DNA of 64,000 nt from Defluviitaleaceae bacterium (GTDB taxonomy: Bacteria; Bacillota; Clostridia; Lachnospirales; WRAX01), in NCBI GenBank assembly GCA_009784575.1, contig WRBK01000005.1, positions 37,457 through 101,456 of the forward strand, read 5' to 3'. The notes beneath the pieces were generated by a model. That model saw nothing but the letters and a program-made list of their open reading frames with translations, had not been told where the DNA came from and did not search any database. Numbering within the stretch: position 1 is the stretch's first letter; the number at the start of each line of letters is the position of its first letter. The position numbers and the translations under genes were made by a program. Below, in pieces: positions 9,785-18,909 of the stretch.

Positions 9785-10969
9785 ATGGCTAGAAGAGAAA
9801 AACTAAGCGGCAACGAAGCTGTTTCCATCGCTATGAAACAGATTAATCCTGACGTTGTTGCGGCATATCCTATAACACCATCTACAGAAGTTCCGCAGTA
9901 TTTTTCTACATATGCAGCAAATGGCGAAGTAGACACCGAGTTTGTTCCTGTTGAGTCTGAGCATAGTGCTATGAGCGCATGTATCGGCGCGCAAGCCGCT
10001 GGTGGTCGTGCAATGACAGCTACATCCGCTCAAGGCTTAGCCCTTATGTGGGAGATGCTATACATCGCATCTGCTTATAGGCTCCCTGTTACGCTTGCGG
10101 CTGTAAACCGCGCGCTTTCTGGTCCTATCAATATCCATAACGACCATTCTGATACGATGGGTGCAAGGGATAGTGGCTGGATACAAATATACAGCGAAGA
10201 CTGCCAAGAAGCTTATGATAACTTCATCCAGGCTGTTAAGATAGGTGAGCATCCAGATGTTATGCTGCCTGTTATGGATTGTTACGATGGTTTTATCACA
10301 TCTCATAAAGTAGAAAACATCGAAATCATGGAAGACGAAGAAGTTAAGGCTTTTGTTGGCAAATACAACCCGCCTTACCATCTTATGAACAAAGAAAAGC
10401 CTATGTCTATGGGCCCGCTTTCTCTTCCTTTTTATTATTTTGAGCAAAAGCGTCAGCAAGCTGAAGCTATGAAGACATCCATCAAGGCAATCCTTGAAGT
10501 GGCGGCAGAATTTGAAAAAGTTACTGGTCGCAAGTATGGTTTGTTTGAAGAATATAGAATGGATGATGCCGAGGTAGCTATCGTTATTCTTAACTCTACG
10601 GCTGGTACAGCTAAAGATGTTGTTGATATGCTTAGAGATAATGGCATTAAAGCTGGTCTTATAAAAATCCGCGTTTACAGACCATTCCCTGTTGAGCAAA
10701 TAGCGCAAGCATTGTCAAAATGTAAGGCTGTTGCTGTTTTGGATAAGGCCGATTCTTTGAACGGTGCTGGTGGCCCTGTGTTTACAGATGTTACATCTGC
10801 TATGTTTGGGCGTGTCGATGGCGTTAAGGTTATCAACTACATCTATGGTCTTGGTGGTCGCGACGTTACAACAGACAATATCAAAGAAGTATACGACAAT
10901 CTTCAAGAAATTGCGAAGACTGGCAAGGTTAAAGAAGTATACAATTATCTAGGCGTAAGGGAGGTTTAG
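9785..10969 (+). CDS. 2-oxoacid:ferredoxin oxidoreductase, alpha subunit
   Basis: 394 aa with LSGNEAVSIAMKQINPDVVAAYPITPSTEV...ESEHSAMSACIGAQAAGGRAMTATSAQGL. Confidence 0.88.
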   Translation: MARREKLSGNEAVSIAMKQINPDVVAAYPITPSTEVPQYFSTYAANGEVDTEFVPVESEHSAMSACIGAQAAGGRAMTATSAQGLALMWEMLYIASAYRLPVTLAAVNRALSGPINIHNDHSDTMGARDSGWIQIYSEDCQEAYDNFIQAVKIGEHPDVMLPVMDCYDGFITSHKVENIEIMEDEEVKAFVGKYNPPYHLMNKEKPMSMGPLSLPFYYFEQKRQQAEAMKTSIKAILEVAAEFEKVTGRKYGLFEEYRMDDAEVAIVILNSTAGTAKDVVDMLRDNGIKAGLIKIRVYRPFPVEQIAQALSKCKAVAVLDKADSLNGAGGPVFTDVTSAMFGRVDGVKVINYIYGLGGRDVTTDNIKEVYDNLQEIAKTGKVKEVYNYLGVREV

Positions 10970-10973
10970 TTAA

Positions 10974-11909
10974 ATGAGCTATAATTTAAAAGAATGGGCT
11001 AAACGGCCTGAGCGTTTTACTGGCGGACACAGACTTTGCGCTGGGTGCGGAGCATCTCCTGTTATGCGTACATTAATGCGCGCGCTAAAGCCAGAAGACC
11101 ATGCTGTGGTTTCTGCTGCTACTAGCTGCGTAGAGGTTTCTAGCTTCTTGTATCCATACACAGCTTGGGAAGATTCTTTCATACACAGCGCGTTTGAAAA
11201 CGTTGCCGCCACAATATCTGGCGCACAAGCTAACTATGTAGCTAAAAAGCGCAAAGGCGAAGATGTGCCAAACACGAAATTCATTGCTGTTGCTGGTGAC
11301 GGCGGCACATATGACATCGGTTTGCAGGCACTTTCTGGTGCTATGGAGCGTGGTCATGATATGGTTTATGTATGCTACGATAATGGCGCGTACATGAACA
11401 CTGGCATCCAGCGTTCCAGCTCTACACCGCAAAATGCCGCAACATCTACAACGCCTGCTGGCACTGTGATACCTGGCAAGTCCCAACCTAAAAAAGATTT
11501 GACACTTATCATCATGGGTCATAACATACCTTATGTGGCGCAAACATTGCCTTTGTCTAACTTCAAAGACATGAGCGAGAAATGCGAAAAAGCTCTTTAC
11601 ACACCAGGTGCTGCTTTCCTTAATATTCTTGCGCCATGCCCGCGTGGTTGGAGATACGAAACCCACAGACTTATGGAAATGTGCAAGCTGGCTGTGGAAA
11701 CATGCGTATGGCCAATGTATGAGATTATTGAGGGCAAGCTAACGCTTAACTATATTCCAAAAGAAAAGCTTCCTGTGGAAGTTTATCTTAAAGAGCAAGG
11801 TCGCTTTAGTCATATGTTTGCCAAAGGCAACGAGCATTTGATAGAAGAATATCAAGCGCAAGTGGATAAAGATTGGCAGTTGCTGCAAAACCTTAATGAA
11901 ATGAAGTAA
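10974..11909 (+). CDS. 2-oxoacid:ferredoxin oxidoreductase, beta subunit (TPP-binding)
   Basis: 311 aa with HRLCAGCGAS and VAGDGGTYDIGLQALSGAMERGHDMVYVCYDNGAYMNTG, the TPP/Mg GDG-N motif. Confidence 0.88.
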   Translation: MSYNLKEWAKRPERFTGGHRLCAGCGASPVMRTLMRALKPEDHAVVSAATSCVEVSSFLYPYTAWEDSFIHSAFENVAATISGAQANYVAKKRKGEDVPNTKFIAVAGDGGTYDIGLQALSGAMERGHDMVYVCYDNGAYMNTGIQRSSSTPQNAATSTTPAGTVIPGKSQPKKDLTLIIMGHNIPYVAQTLPLSNFKDMSEKCEKALYTPGAAFLNILAPCPRGWRYETHRLMEMCKLAVETCVWPMYEIIEGKLTLNYIPKEKLPVEVYLKEQGRFSHMFAKGNEHLIEEYQAQVDKDWQLLQNLNEMK

Positions 11910-11921
11910 TTATGTGTATTA

Positions 11922-11955
11922 ACCTGCTCAGGGCGATTCTTGGGCAGGTTTTTTT
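11922..11955 (+). terminator. intrinsic terminator of the oxidoreductase operon
   Basis: ACCTGCTCA...TGGGCAGGT stem followed by a T7 run. Confidence 0.75.
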
Positions 11956-12026
11956 GATGATATAGAAGGTCCGCCTTTATATGTAGAATGTATAATTTAT
12001 TTTTACACACAATCGGTAAAAAAAGC

Positions 12027-12055
12027 TTGACAAGGATGTCGATTCGTGTTATTAT
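12027..12055 (+). promoter_or_regulatory. near-consensus sigma-A promoter
   Basis: TTGACA (12027-12032), a 17-nt spacer, then TATTAT (12050-12055). Confidence 0.6.
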
Positions 12056-12115
12056 TTGTAATAACTATTAGTTGATACTGTGGTATCATGTGTATTTACG
12101 AGGATGGTGTCTTTT

Positions 12116-12193
12116 ATGATGTTTTTATCTCTTTTCACGCGTATGTTTACTCCTTTTACATGGTGCTGTTGCGAAGGGTCAGTGGAAGATTAA
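12116..12193 (+). CDS. candidate 25-aa hydrophobic, Cys-rich peptide (MMFLSLFTRMFTPFTWCCCEGSVED)
   Basis: Below the ORF-track size cutoff; found by reading the sequence. It lies about 60 nt downstream of the strong promoter, with a GAGGATGG SD-like element 7-8 nt upstream, and sits immediately upstream of the regulator-like reading frame. Confidence 0.3.
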   Translation: MMFLSLFTRMFTPFTWCCCEGSVED

Positions 12194-12231
12194 AAGATAA
12201 TAATATTAAAGAGCAGAGAGGTGTGTAGCCT

Positions 12232-13161
12232 TTGTCAAAACACAAATTACTTGATGAATTATTTACCCTATCTGGCAACCATGAGATTGATAAAATTGAA
12301 TCAATGAAAACCAAGCTGTCTCAGTACATTGAAGCCAATGGCGATGATGTTCAAATAAGAGATGGTTTGAGGATGTTAGAAGCACATTTGGTAGAAAACA
12401 AAAGTAATGACTTGAATATTAGTCGTGAGATTGTATCGCCAATGTTTGATAGATTAGCCAATGCCGACTACTAGGATTTTTATGATGCTTGGCTTGTTGC
12501 CGCCTCTTTATGTAGCACTCGTACAGCTGAGCAAGCCTATAACCTTGCGGAAAAAGCACTGGAGGTAGTAGAAAGATATTCTGATGATAAGTGATATAAA
12601 AATATTAAGCTTGCATTATGTTTAAACACCATGAACCGCATATTGCGGGCTAAATATCTTGACTCGGATAACTCAATTTCATTTGAGGAGCATAAAGACA
12701 GGGTCTCTATCTATTTCGATGAGATTTTAGGAATATGCGGATATGATGGAAAATACCCTATACATAAGGCTGTAGCCGAGATAAGATGGGGATTGTTTGC
12801 TGGAAATGATTGGTATACAGCAGATGGTCTGGCTGACCTAAAAGGGCTTGGGTCTGATGCAGAAGAAGTGTACAAAATGATGTTAGCCGACATTGAGCAA
12901 TTTAAATTCTTTTCTGACCTAAGCGCGAACAAAAAATATTTTGACCAAGTTATAGGGAAAGCCATCCGCGAGCATCGTGAAGAAATCGGGCTGCCGATAG
13001 AAGAATTAGCAAAAATTGTGGGCATACCCCATGAAACAATAACAGGCATAGAAAATGGCACGAACATAGCAACAAATTATGATGTGTTTAAGCTTGCTAC
13101 CACTGTTAAGTATAGGTTTGATATAGATGATACCTTGGATATATTTCGTTCGATGGGTTAG
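12232..13161 (+). pseudogene. TPR-like regulator with a C-terminal XRE-type HTH, interrupted by two in-frame stop codons
   Basis: ORFs 12232-12474 and 12631-13161 and the stretch between them share one frame. That frame is broken by TAG (12472-12474) and TGA (12592-12594), and both fit TGG(Trp)->stop G-to-A changes (ADY*DFYDAW, DDK*YKNIK). HTH: IGKAIREHREEIGLPIEELAKIVGIPHETITGIENG. Confidence 0.6.
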
Positions 13162-13179
13162 GGCGCGTGCATATAAATT

Positions 13180-13218
13180 AAAACGGAAACCTCGGGTTAA
13201 ATCCGAGGTTTCCGTTTT
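13180..13218. terminator. bidirectional intrinsic terminator
   Basis: AAAACGGAAACCTCGG-gttaaat-CCGAGGTTTCCGTTTT, a perfect 16-bp stem flanked by A and T runs, between convergent genes. Confidence 0.85.
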
Positions 13219-14020
13219 ATCTTTCTTCTGGTATCTGCCGCCCTGTATGGTCTAGTTTATACCCCTCCCGCATAATAAGCCGAGAAACAGGCACAAATTC
13301 ATAGCCTTGATTTCTTAGTTCCGCTAATATGCGGCGCAGGGCTATTGGTGTTTCTGGTATGTCGTTATGAAAGAGGAGTATTGAGCCATTTTGTAGATTT
13401 TTATGGTTAAGCACTTGGTTGACCATATGGTCTGCGCCCATCTTTTTCCAATCTAGGCTATCTACATCCCATTGGATGGTGTGGTAGCCCACCTGCTCCG
13501 CCGCTTCTAACACAGCATTGTTATATTCGCCATAAGGCGTGCGGTATAAATCCATTTCTATACCCAAAAGCCCATATGCCTTTTTATGTGCGCCCAGTAT
13601 TTCTGCTTTATTTTTTTCTAGGCTTAGTTGCGCCACATGGGCGTGTGTGTCGCCGTGATTTGCTATGTCATGCCCTGCAGCATGAAATTTGCGTACAGCA
13701 TCTGGATTTTCTTCAAACCAATAGCCGCAAATGAAGAATGTGGCTAGCGCATCGTATTCAGCCAAAATTTCTATTAGCACATCTGTATCGTCCGCACCCC
13801 ATGCGGCATCAAAGGTTATTGCCACTACCTTTTCATCTGTTTGTACAGAATATATGGGCATCTTTTTTTCTGCGGCAAAAACAACCTGTACAGAAGGCAT
13901 GGCAAAGATAATCGCCAGAAGCGTGAGAGCTGCCAATAAAATCAGTTTTGTAGCGCGGCGTGCGTCAAAACCATCTTTATTAGGGTCTTGTGCAAAAAAA
14001 TTCTTTATTCGTGATATCAT
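13217..14020 (-). CDS. polysaccharide deacetylase family protein (PdaB/peptidoglycan deacetylase-like), membrane-anchored
   Basis: 267 aa with an N-terminal TM, plus ITFDAAWGADDT and HGDTHAH NodB motifs. Confidence 0.85.
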   Translation of the reverse strand: MISRIKNFFAQDPNKDGFDARRATKLILLAALTLLAIIFAMPSVQVVFAAEKKMPIYSVQTDEKVVAITFDAAWGADDTDVLIEILAEYDALATFFICGYWFEENPDAVRKFHAAGHDIANHGDTHAHVAQLSLEKNKAEILGAHKKAYGLLGIEMDLYRTPYGEYNNAVLEAAEQVGYHTIQWDVDSLDWKKMGADHMVNQVLNHKNLQNGSILLFHNDIPETPIALRRILAELRNQGYEFVPVSRLIMREGYKLDHTGRQIPEER

Positions 14021-14093
14021 GTCAACACCTCTTCTATATACTTGTTTACTTTAGTATACCGAAAACATGTTGCTTTATGACAAGCTTTTTCTT

Positions 14094-14723
14094 TTACATA
14101 ATTGGCATATCTGTTGATATATATAGCACAGGCGGGTTATCTGTCTCGCCCATGTCCCCTGCTATTATTCCCAGATATTTTTTGCGTGAGGCTATAGCAA
14201 AGCCATCTTCCAAAATCTTCTGGTCATCTGCATCATATACTGCAACAAAATGATTGCTTGGTTCTATTTCAATATTTTCGCTTATTTCTTTAAACATAAG
14301 CCCTGTCACGGCTTTTTGTCCATCAATATTTATGTCCAGCACTGTATCATGTGCCATAACATTTGCAAAGCGTATGCTAGGCAGCCGCACATCCTGGCGT
14401 AAATCTAGCGGCAAAACCGCTATGGACATGAGTTCTATATCTCCTGCCAATGCCACGGTATATGCCACATCCTCCATTAATGCTATGAGTTCAGAAAAAA
14501 CTTCATCTGTGCCGTCGCTCGCTACTCTCACATCGAGTTTGTATACCCCTGGTTTTGCTTTGCGGAAAGCAGAAAAAGCCCCATGTCGCAAATCTTGCGC
14601 CATTAGTTCTCCATTAACAAAGACATTCGCCGTATCCATCCCTATAGCACCATTAAAAAAGCGTATATAGCACGCCTGCTCTGTTTGATTTTGATTGCCA
14701 TTTTGCATAGTTTCACACAACAT
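14094..14723 (-). CDS. DUF4397-like domain protein
   Basis: 209 aa with repeated beta-rich modules (IRFFNGAIGMDTANVFVNGEL...PGVYKLDV; IRFANVMAHDTVLDINIDG). SD GGAGGG upstream of ATG 14723. Confidence 0.5.
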   Translation of the reverse strand: MLCETMQNGNQNQTEQACYIRFFNGAIGMDTANVFVNGELMAQDLRHGAFSAFRKAKPGVYKLDVRVASDGTDEVFSELIALMEDVAYTVALAGDIELMSIAVLPLDLRQDVRLPSIRFANVMAHDTVLDINIDGQKAVTGLMFKEISENIEIEPSNHFVAVYDADDQKILEDGFAIASRKKYLGIIAGDMGETDNPPVLYISTDMPIM

Positions 14724-15361
14724 AAAAAGCCCTCCATTACAATAAACACTGTTGGTCTATCGTATGCAGAGTGCTTGGCATTTGATTTTTAATGACTAAC
14801 CATTAGAAGTATACTATAATATGAACAATGTTAGCCTGATTGAAAAGGCATTGCAAAACAAGCGAAGCAAATTTTTAAACAAATCACTAAAAAATGGGAA
14901 AACAGTTGGAGCAAGCCTTTCGACCTTATCACACGAATCTATCTCCTTTTTTCGTAGTAGTCACTTTCTATAAAATCTTTTGCCAAGCAAACACCGCACA
15001 AAACAAACCCTATCCGTAGTATATCATAAATGCCGACCTATCACAAGAATGAATGTTCGGTCTTGTTTGGTCTGGAAGCAGTTTAGATTGCAGAGTTTTT
15101 AGCTACTATTCTATCGCCAAACACCTTACTTCTCTTTGGCTGAACATGTTGGCGGCATGGGTTGTTATAGTTACCCTCCCAGCACTTGGCTTCGCTTTTC
15201 TGATGGGTTAGCTGTGAAAGCAAATCAGACGTAGAGTTCCGCTCTTTTCGTTCCAATATTTGCCATCATGAGCTATCGCCTCCTTGTATGTTTTGCAGTA
15301 AGCATCAAATAACAATGGCTTTGGAGATTAATTGCCTCAAATTACATAAAAAAATTTCAAA

Positions 15362-15398
15362 AAACCCTTGACTCTGACCTTACGTTAGGGTTTATACT
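15362..15398 (+). promoter_or_regulatory. MerR-type promoter/operator with a 19-bp spacer
   Basis: TTGACT (15368-15373), a 19-nt spacer, then TATACT (15393-15398). The dyad AAACCCT...AGGGTTT spans the spacer. An over-long spacer is the hallmark of MerR-activated promoters. Confidence 0.65.
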
Positions 15399-15420
15399 AT
15401 AAATCAAGGAGGTTGTGAAT

Positions 15421-16221
15421 ATGGAAAAATACAGGGCAATACCAGAGGGATACATGACTGTGGGTCAGCTGGCAAAGAAGATGGGCATAACCGTGCGTGC
15501 CTTGCATCATTATGACAAGCAGAAGCTACTCTCGCCGTCTGGTGAAAGTGAAGGCGGCTATAGACTATACAGCGACAAGGACATAGTGATTCTACACCAA
15601 ATATTGGCCATGAAACACTTGGGCTTCTCGCTAGAGGATATAAAAACTCGTCTTGTGTCATTGGATACGCCTCATGATGTGGCGAAGGCACTTGCAGAGC
15701 ATGCCATAGCAATACGCAGTAAATTGGAATCTCTAACCAATACGTTGGTGGCGGTTGAGGTGCTTAAAGAGGAAGTTATGAGGATGCAATCGGTTAATTT
15801 TAAGAAATATGCTGACATCGTGGCACAGTTGCAAATGAAGAGTGAGTATTATTGGGCAATCAAACATTTTGACGATGACATTATGGACGGCATACGTGCT
15901 CAAGCAATCACGGATAGCTCCTTGCATGATACATGGAGCAGCCTGCATATGGAGGCGGTGCGTTTGCACAAGATTGGTGCTTCCCCCGACAGTAACGAGG
16001 GGCAAGCGTTAGCCAAGGAGCTGTGGACAACTATAGAAAAAATCACTGGCAAAGATGCCAAGATGCTGACCAAATTTGAGAAATCATTGGCGAGCTTGGC
16101 AAGTGACGAGGGAGGCACAGCCGCAATGGATGCTGAAGAAAAGGAAAAAATTAGAATCGCTTACGATTATATGCAGTTGGTATTAGAAATTTATTTTGAC
16201 AAAAATAAAGGGGGAAATTAA
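15421..16221 (+). CDS. MerR family transcriptional regulator (TipA/Mta-like, with a C-terminal effector domain)
   Basis: MTVGQLAKKMGITVRALHHYDKQKLLSPSGESEGGYRLYSDKDIVILHQILAMKHLGFSLEDIK. Start set at ATG 15421 after AAGGAGG. Confidence 0.88.
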   Translation: MEKYRAIPEGYMTVGQLAKKMGITVRALHHYDKQKLLSPSGESEGGYRLYSDKDIVILHQILAMKHLGFSLEDIKTRLVSLDTPHDVAKALAEHAIAIRSKLESLTNTLVAVEVLKEEVMRMQSVNFKKYADIVAQLQMKSEYYWAIKHFDDDIMDGIRAQAITDSSLHDTWSSLHMEAVRLHKIGASPDSNEGQALAKELWTTIEKITGKDAKMLTKFEKSLASLASDEGGTAAMDAEEKEKIRIAYDYMQLVLEIYFDKNKGGN

Positions 16222-16222
16222 A

Positions 16223-17638
16223 ATGAAAGATAAGAATTTACCAGTAAACTCGGAGGTGTCAGAAGAGGAATCGCAACTGGATAAGCCGATAACAGGTAGA
16301 CTTATAATGAAGTTTGCACTTCCCACGATTTTTGCAATCGTAGTATTGCACACATTTGCTATTATAGACGGCATATTTGCCATGCGTGCGCTTGGTATGG
16401 AGTCTATGGCGGCAATAGCCATATTTACGCCATTGTTTATGATTGTTATGGCAGTGGGGATGTTTTTCGCTGCAGGCGGTAGTGCTGTTATCGTAAAAAA
16501 ACTAGGCGAAGGTAAGCCAAATGAGGCAAGACAAAACTATACATTTATAAGTATTTTGTCTACCATTATCATGTTAGCCCTATCAGTTTTGATAGCAATA
16601 TTCCCAAGTAATGTACTTGGTATTTTAGGTGCTAACTATGAGATATACGACCTCGCAACGACCTATTTGCGCATTGCAGTATGGGCGTTTCCGTTCATGG
16701 CGGTAGGACAAGTGTTTAACGCCTTTTTGATTGCAGACGGCAAGCCAGGGCTTGGCATGGGCATCAGTGTTTTTGGTACAATTATCGGCGCAGCTGGCAA
16801 CTATGTAGTGCTTTTTGTCTTTGATATGGGCATTTATGCTCTGGCATGGACAACGATTCTTGGTACTGGCATCACAACTATATGGTATTTCATCGTGTTC
16901 TTGCGCAACAAGACAGGCAACTTCCGCTTTATAAGACCATCGATTGATGGCAAAACATTTGGCTCGCTCCTCATAAATGGTTTCTCAGTAGGAGCACCTG
17001 TGGCGGCTGGCTCAATTATGATGACTGTTCAAAACAATGTACTTGTGGGGCTTCCTGGTGTGGGTGCAATGGGTATTGCTATAGCAGGTATGGTTATGGG
17101 TTTACAAGGTATGTTGGGACAGGTGTATTTCGGTTATTTGCAAGGTATTGGAGGTTTACTTTCTTTTAATAACGGCAAGAAAAACTACGATAGGTTGAAG
17201 CAATTATTTAAGAAAAGTCTTGTTATAATCACTGTGATGTCGCTTGTGCTTGTGGCAATAGCCGTTTTATTGGCAGAGCCTCTAATGCGCATATATCTAC
17301 CATCGCTTACAGACCCAGGTGAAATCTTCATGCGCGAGCTCGCTGTAAGAGGACTTCGCATTGTGTCGATTGGTTTTGTCGTGATGGGCTTCAATTCACT
17401 TTTTACAGGAATTTTTACAGCTTTGTCTAAGGGGCATATATCTACAGTCCTTTCGCTCACATTTATACTAGCGTTTAATACGCCGCTAATTATTTTGCTG
17501 CCGCGCTGGTTTGATATGGATGGTGTGTGGATGGCACTACCGATAGCAGTCGGGCTTGCGTTTATCATGTCTACGGCGGCTGTATTAATCTTTGGTAAGA
17601 GGTATAACTTTGTTGGAAGTCGGATTGATAAAGCTTAA
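16223..17638 (+). CDS. MATE family multidrug efflux transporter
   Basis: About 471 aa, 12 TM-like segments, and the typical MATE N-terminus (IMKFALPTIFAIVVLHTFAIIDGIFA). Start set at ATG 16223 after AAAGGGGGAAA, 1 nt after the MerR stop. Confidence 0.85.
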   Translation: MKDKNLPVNSEVSEEESQLDKPITGRLIMKFALPTIFAIVVLHTFAIIDGIFAMRALGMESMAAIAIFTPLFMIVMAVGMFFAAGGSAVIVKKLGEGKPNEARQNYTFISILSTIIMLALSVLIAIFPSNVLGILGANYEIYDLATTYLRIAVWAFPFMAVGQVFNAFLIADGKPGLGMGISVFGTIIGAAGNYVVLFVFDMGIYALAWTTILGTGITTIWYFIVFLRNKTGNFRFIRPSIDGKTFGSLLINGFSVGAPVAAGSIMMTVQNNVLVGLPGVGAMGIAIAGMVMGLQGMLGQVYFGYLQGIGGLLSFNNGKKNYDRLKQLFKKSLVIITVMSLVLVAIAVLLAEPLMRIYLPSLTDPGEIFMRELAVRGLRIVSIGFVVMGFNSLFTGIFTALSKGHISTVLSLTFILAFNTPLIILLPRWFDMDGVWMALPIAVGLAFIMSTAAVLIFGKRYNFVGSRIDKA

Positions 17639-17731
17639 AAATCTCCCAGCGTCTCGAATAGACATGTTCAATTATGGCTCTTCACAGCAAAGCCATACAC
17701 CGTAAGTATTGAGATTATATAAGCAAGCTTA

Positions 17732-17756
17732 ACGCCCGATATATCGGACGTTTTGT
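17732..17756 (+). terminator. intrinsic terminator after the MATE gene
   Basis: ACGCCCGAT-at-ATCGGACGT followed by TTTTG. Confidence 0.55.
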
Positions 17757-18199
17757 ATGTTTTAGTTTCTGTAATCATTTATTGATTCCTTGACCCTACA
17801 GTAAAATGACCAAACGGTCGTATGTTGTATATGGTGGAAAATCATTTGGCAGAAGCCCATTTTTAAGTTAAACAATTATAATTAAAGGTCAATTAATTGT
17901 GGAGTTTTGACGTGAAATGTGGTAAAATATTATGTAAAATTTCCGATGTTGTTCTTTGGGGGCTTGAAACATTAAGAACCCGACTGGACAGCAAGCATAA
18001 AGAAACATTCTCGGCGAAGGCTACAAATCGTGTTGAGAATAGCGTTGAGCTGTTTAGGTATGGTTTCGTCACATACTTAAAGCTTCAATACCCACTTGTT
18101 TGATACATGGATACATTTTCAAAATCAAACCACAAAATACGGGGTTGTTGTTTCCAGACACAATTAATTAAGAACTACTTTTTAAGGGGGGGATTTATA

Positions 18200-18661
18200 A
18201 TGTTAGAAGTAAAAGCCAAAGCACCTTCATTTTCGCTGCCAGATTCAAATGGCAACATAGTTAGCCTATCCGATTTTGTGGGCAAAAAGGTAGTGTTGTA
18301 CTTTTATCCGAAAGATAACACACCTGGATGCACGCGGCAGGCTTGTGCATTTAGGGATAATTTTGATAAATTCAAAGATGGTGACATTGTTGTCATTGGG
18401 ATAAGCAAGGACAGCGAGGAATCACATAGAAAGTTTGCAGAAAAAAATGACCTTCCGTTTATCTTGCTGTCCGACACGAATTTGGAGACAATAAAGGCAT
18501 ATGGTGTTTGGCAAGAGAAGACAAATTTTGGAAATACGGCTTTTGGTCTGGTTAGAGCTAGTTATATTGTTGACGAGGAAGGCGCGATTGAGAAGGTCTT
18601 TAAGCGCGCAAAACCAGATACCAATGCAGAAGATATCTTGAAATATCTAGAAAAGCTATGA
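18200..18661 (+). CDS. bcp: thioredoxin-dependent peroxiredoxin Bcp
   Basis: MLEVKAKAPSFSLPDSNG...VVLYFYPKDNTPGCTRQACAFRD. Start set at ATG 18200 after an AAGGGGGGG SD. Confidence 0.9.
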   Translation: MLEVKAKAPSFSLPDSNGNIVSLSDFVGKKVVLYFYPKDNTPGCTRQACAFRDNFDKFKDGDIVVIGISKDSEESHRKFAEKNDLPFILLSDTNLETIKAYGVWQEKTNFGNTAFGLVRASYIVDEEGAIEKVFKRAKPDTNAEDILKYLEKL

Positions 18662-18674
18662 ATTGCTATAAAAA

Positions 18675-18711
18675 CACTGCTGCAAGAATGTAACCTTGCG
18701 GCAGTGTTTTT
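18675..18711. terminator. intrinsic terminator after bcp (hairpin shared with repeat copy A)
   Basis: CACTGCTGCAAG-aatgtaac-CTTGCGGCAGTG followed by TTTTT. Confidence 0.8.
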
Positions 18712-18832
18712 GATAAAGATTTTGATATGCGCAAAGCAAGAAACCCCACCAAACGGATTGCCCATAAAGCCGCCAAAGTCGTTACTCATGTTGCCCATGG
18801 AACGAGCATGTTTGTGAAGCCTGAGCCTACGG
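18675..18832. repeat. copy A of a duplicated segment (terminator hairpin + GATAAAGATTTTGA + 3' part of the Gly-rich small protein gene)
   Basis: Aligned by eye to 21243-21452. Shared blocks are the hairpin, GATAAAGATTTTGA, and GGATTGCCCATAAAGCC(G/A)CCAAAGTCGTTAC(T/C)CATGTTGCCCCATGG...CATGTTTGTG.AGC.TGAGCCTAC. Copy A has an internal deletion and one G fewer in the CCCC/GGGG run. Confidence 0.75.
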
Positions 18833-18860
18833 TATTGGTAGTAACTACAGACAAGCTCAT
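18712..18860 (-). pseudogene. truncated, frameshifted fragment paralogous to the 105-aa gene at 21309-21626
   Basis: Minus-strand reading gives ...TVGSGFTNMLVPW then, after a 1-nt frameshift, GNMSNDFGGFMGNPFGG. Compare PVGSSCTNMFGPWGNMGNDFGGFMGNPLGA in the intact copy. The N-terminal two thirds are missing. Confidence 0.5.
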
Positions 18861-18909
18861 CGCTCTTTTGAATTTCTTCCTTTTATTCTCTCATTATTTT
18901 TTCAGCTCC

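Noticed and set aside
10058-11666. Minus-strand ORFs of 216 aa (10058-10708) and 193 aa (11085-11666).
   Set aside because: They are antisense shadows inside the alpha and beta oxidoreductase subunit genes, with Arg/Cys/Phe-rich implausible composition.
12472-12594. The in-frame TAG and TGA in the regulator-like frame could signal an alternative genetic code or programmed readthrough.
   Set aside because: Neighbouring well-supported genes terminate normally at TGA, TAG and TAA (for example, the PanA-like gene ends at TGA). Two different stop codons in one gene, each one transition from TGG, fit nonsense mutations better.
18186-18192. The G7 homopolymer in front of bcp as a possible phase-variation tract.
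   Set aside because: It simply forms the SD (AAGGGGGGG) at normal spacing. There is no evidence of variability from a single sequence.
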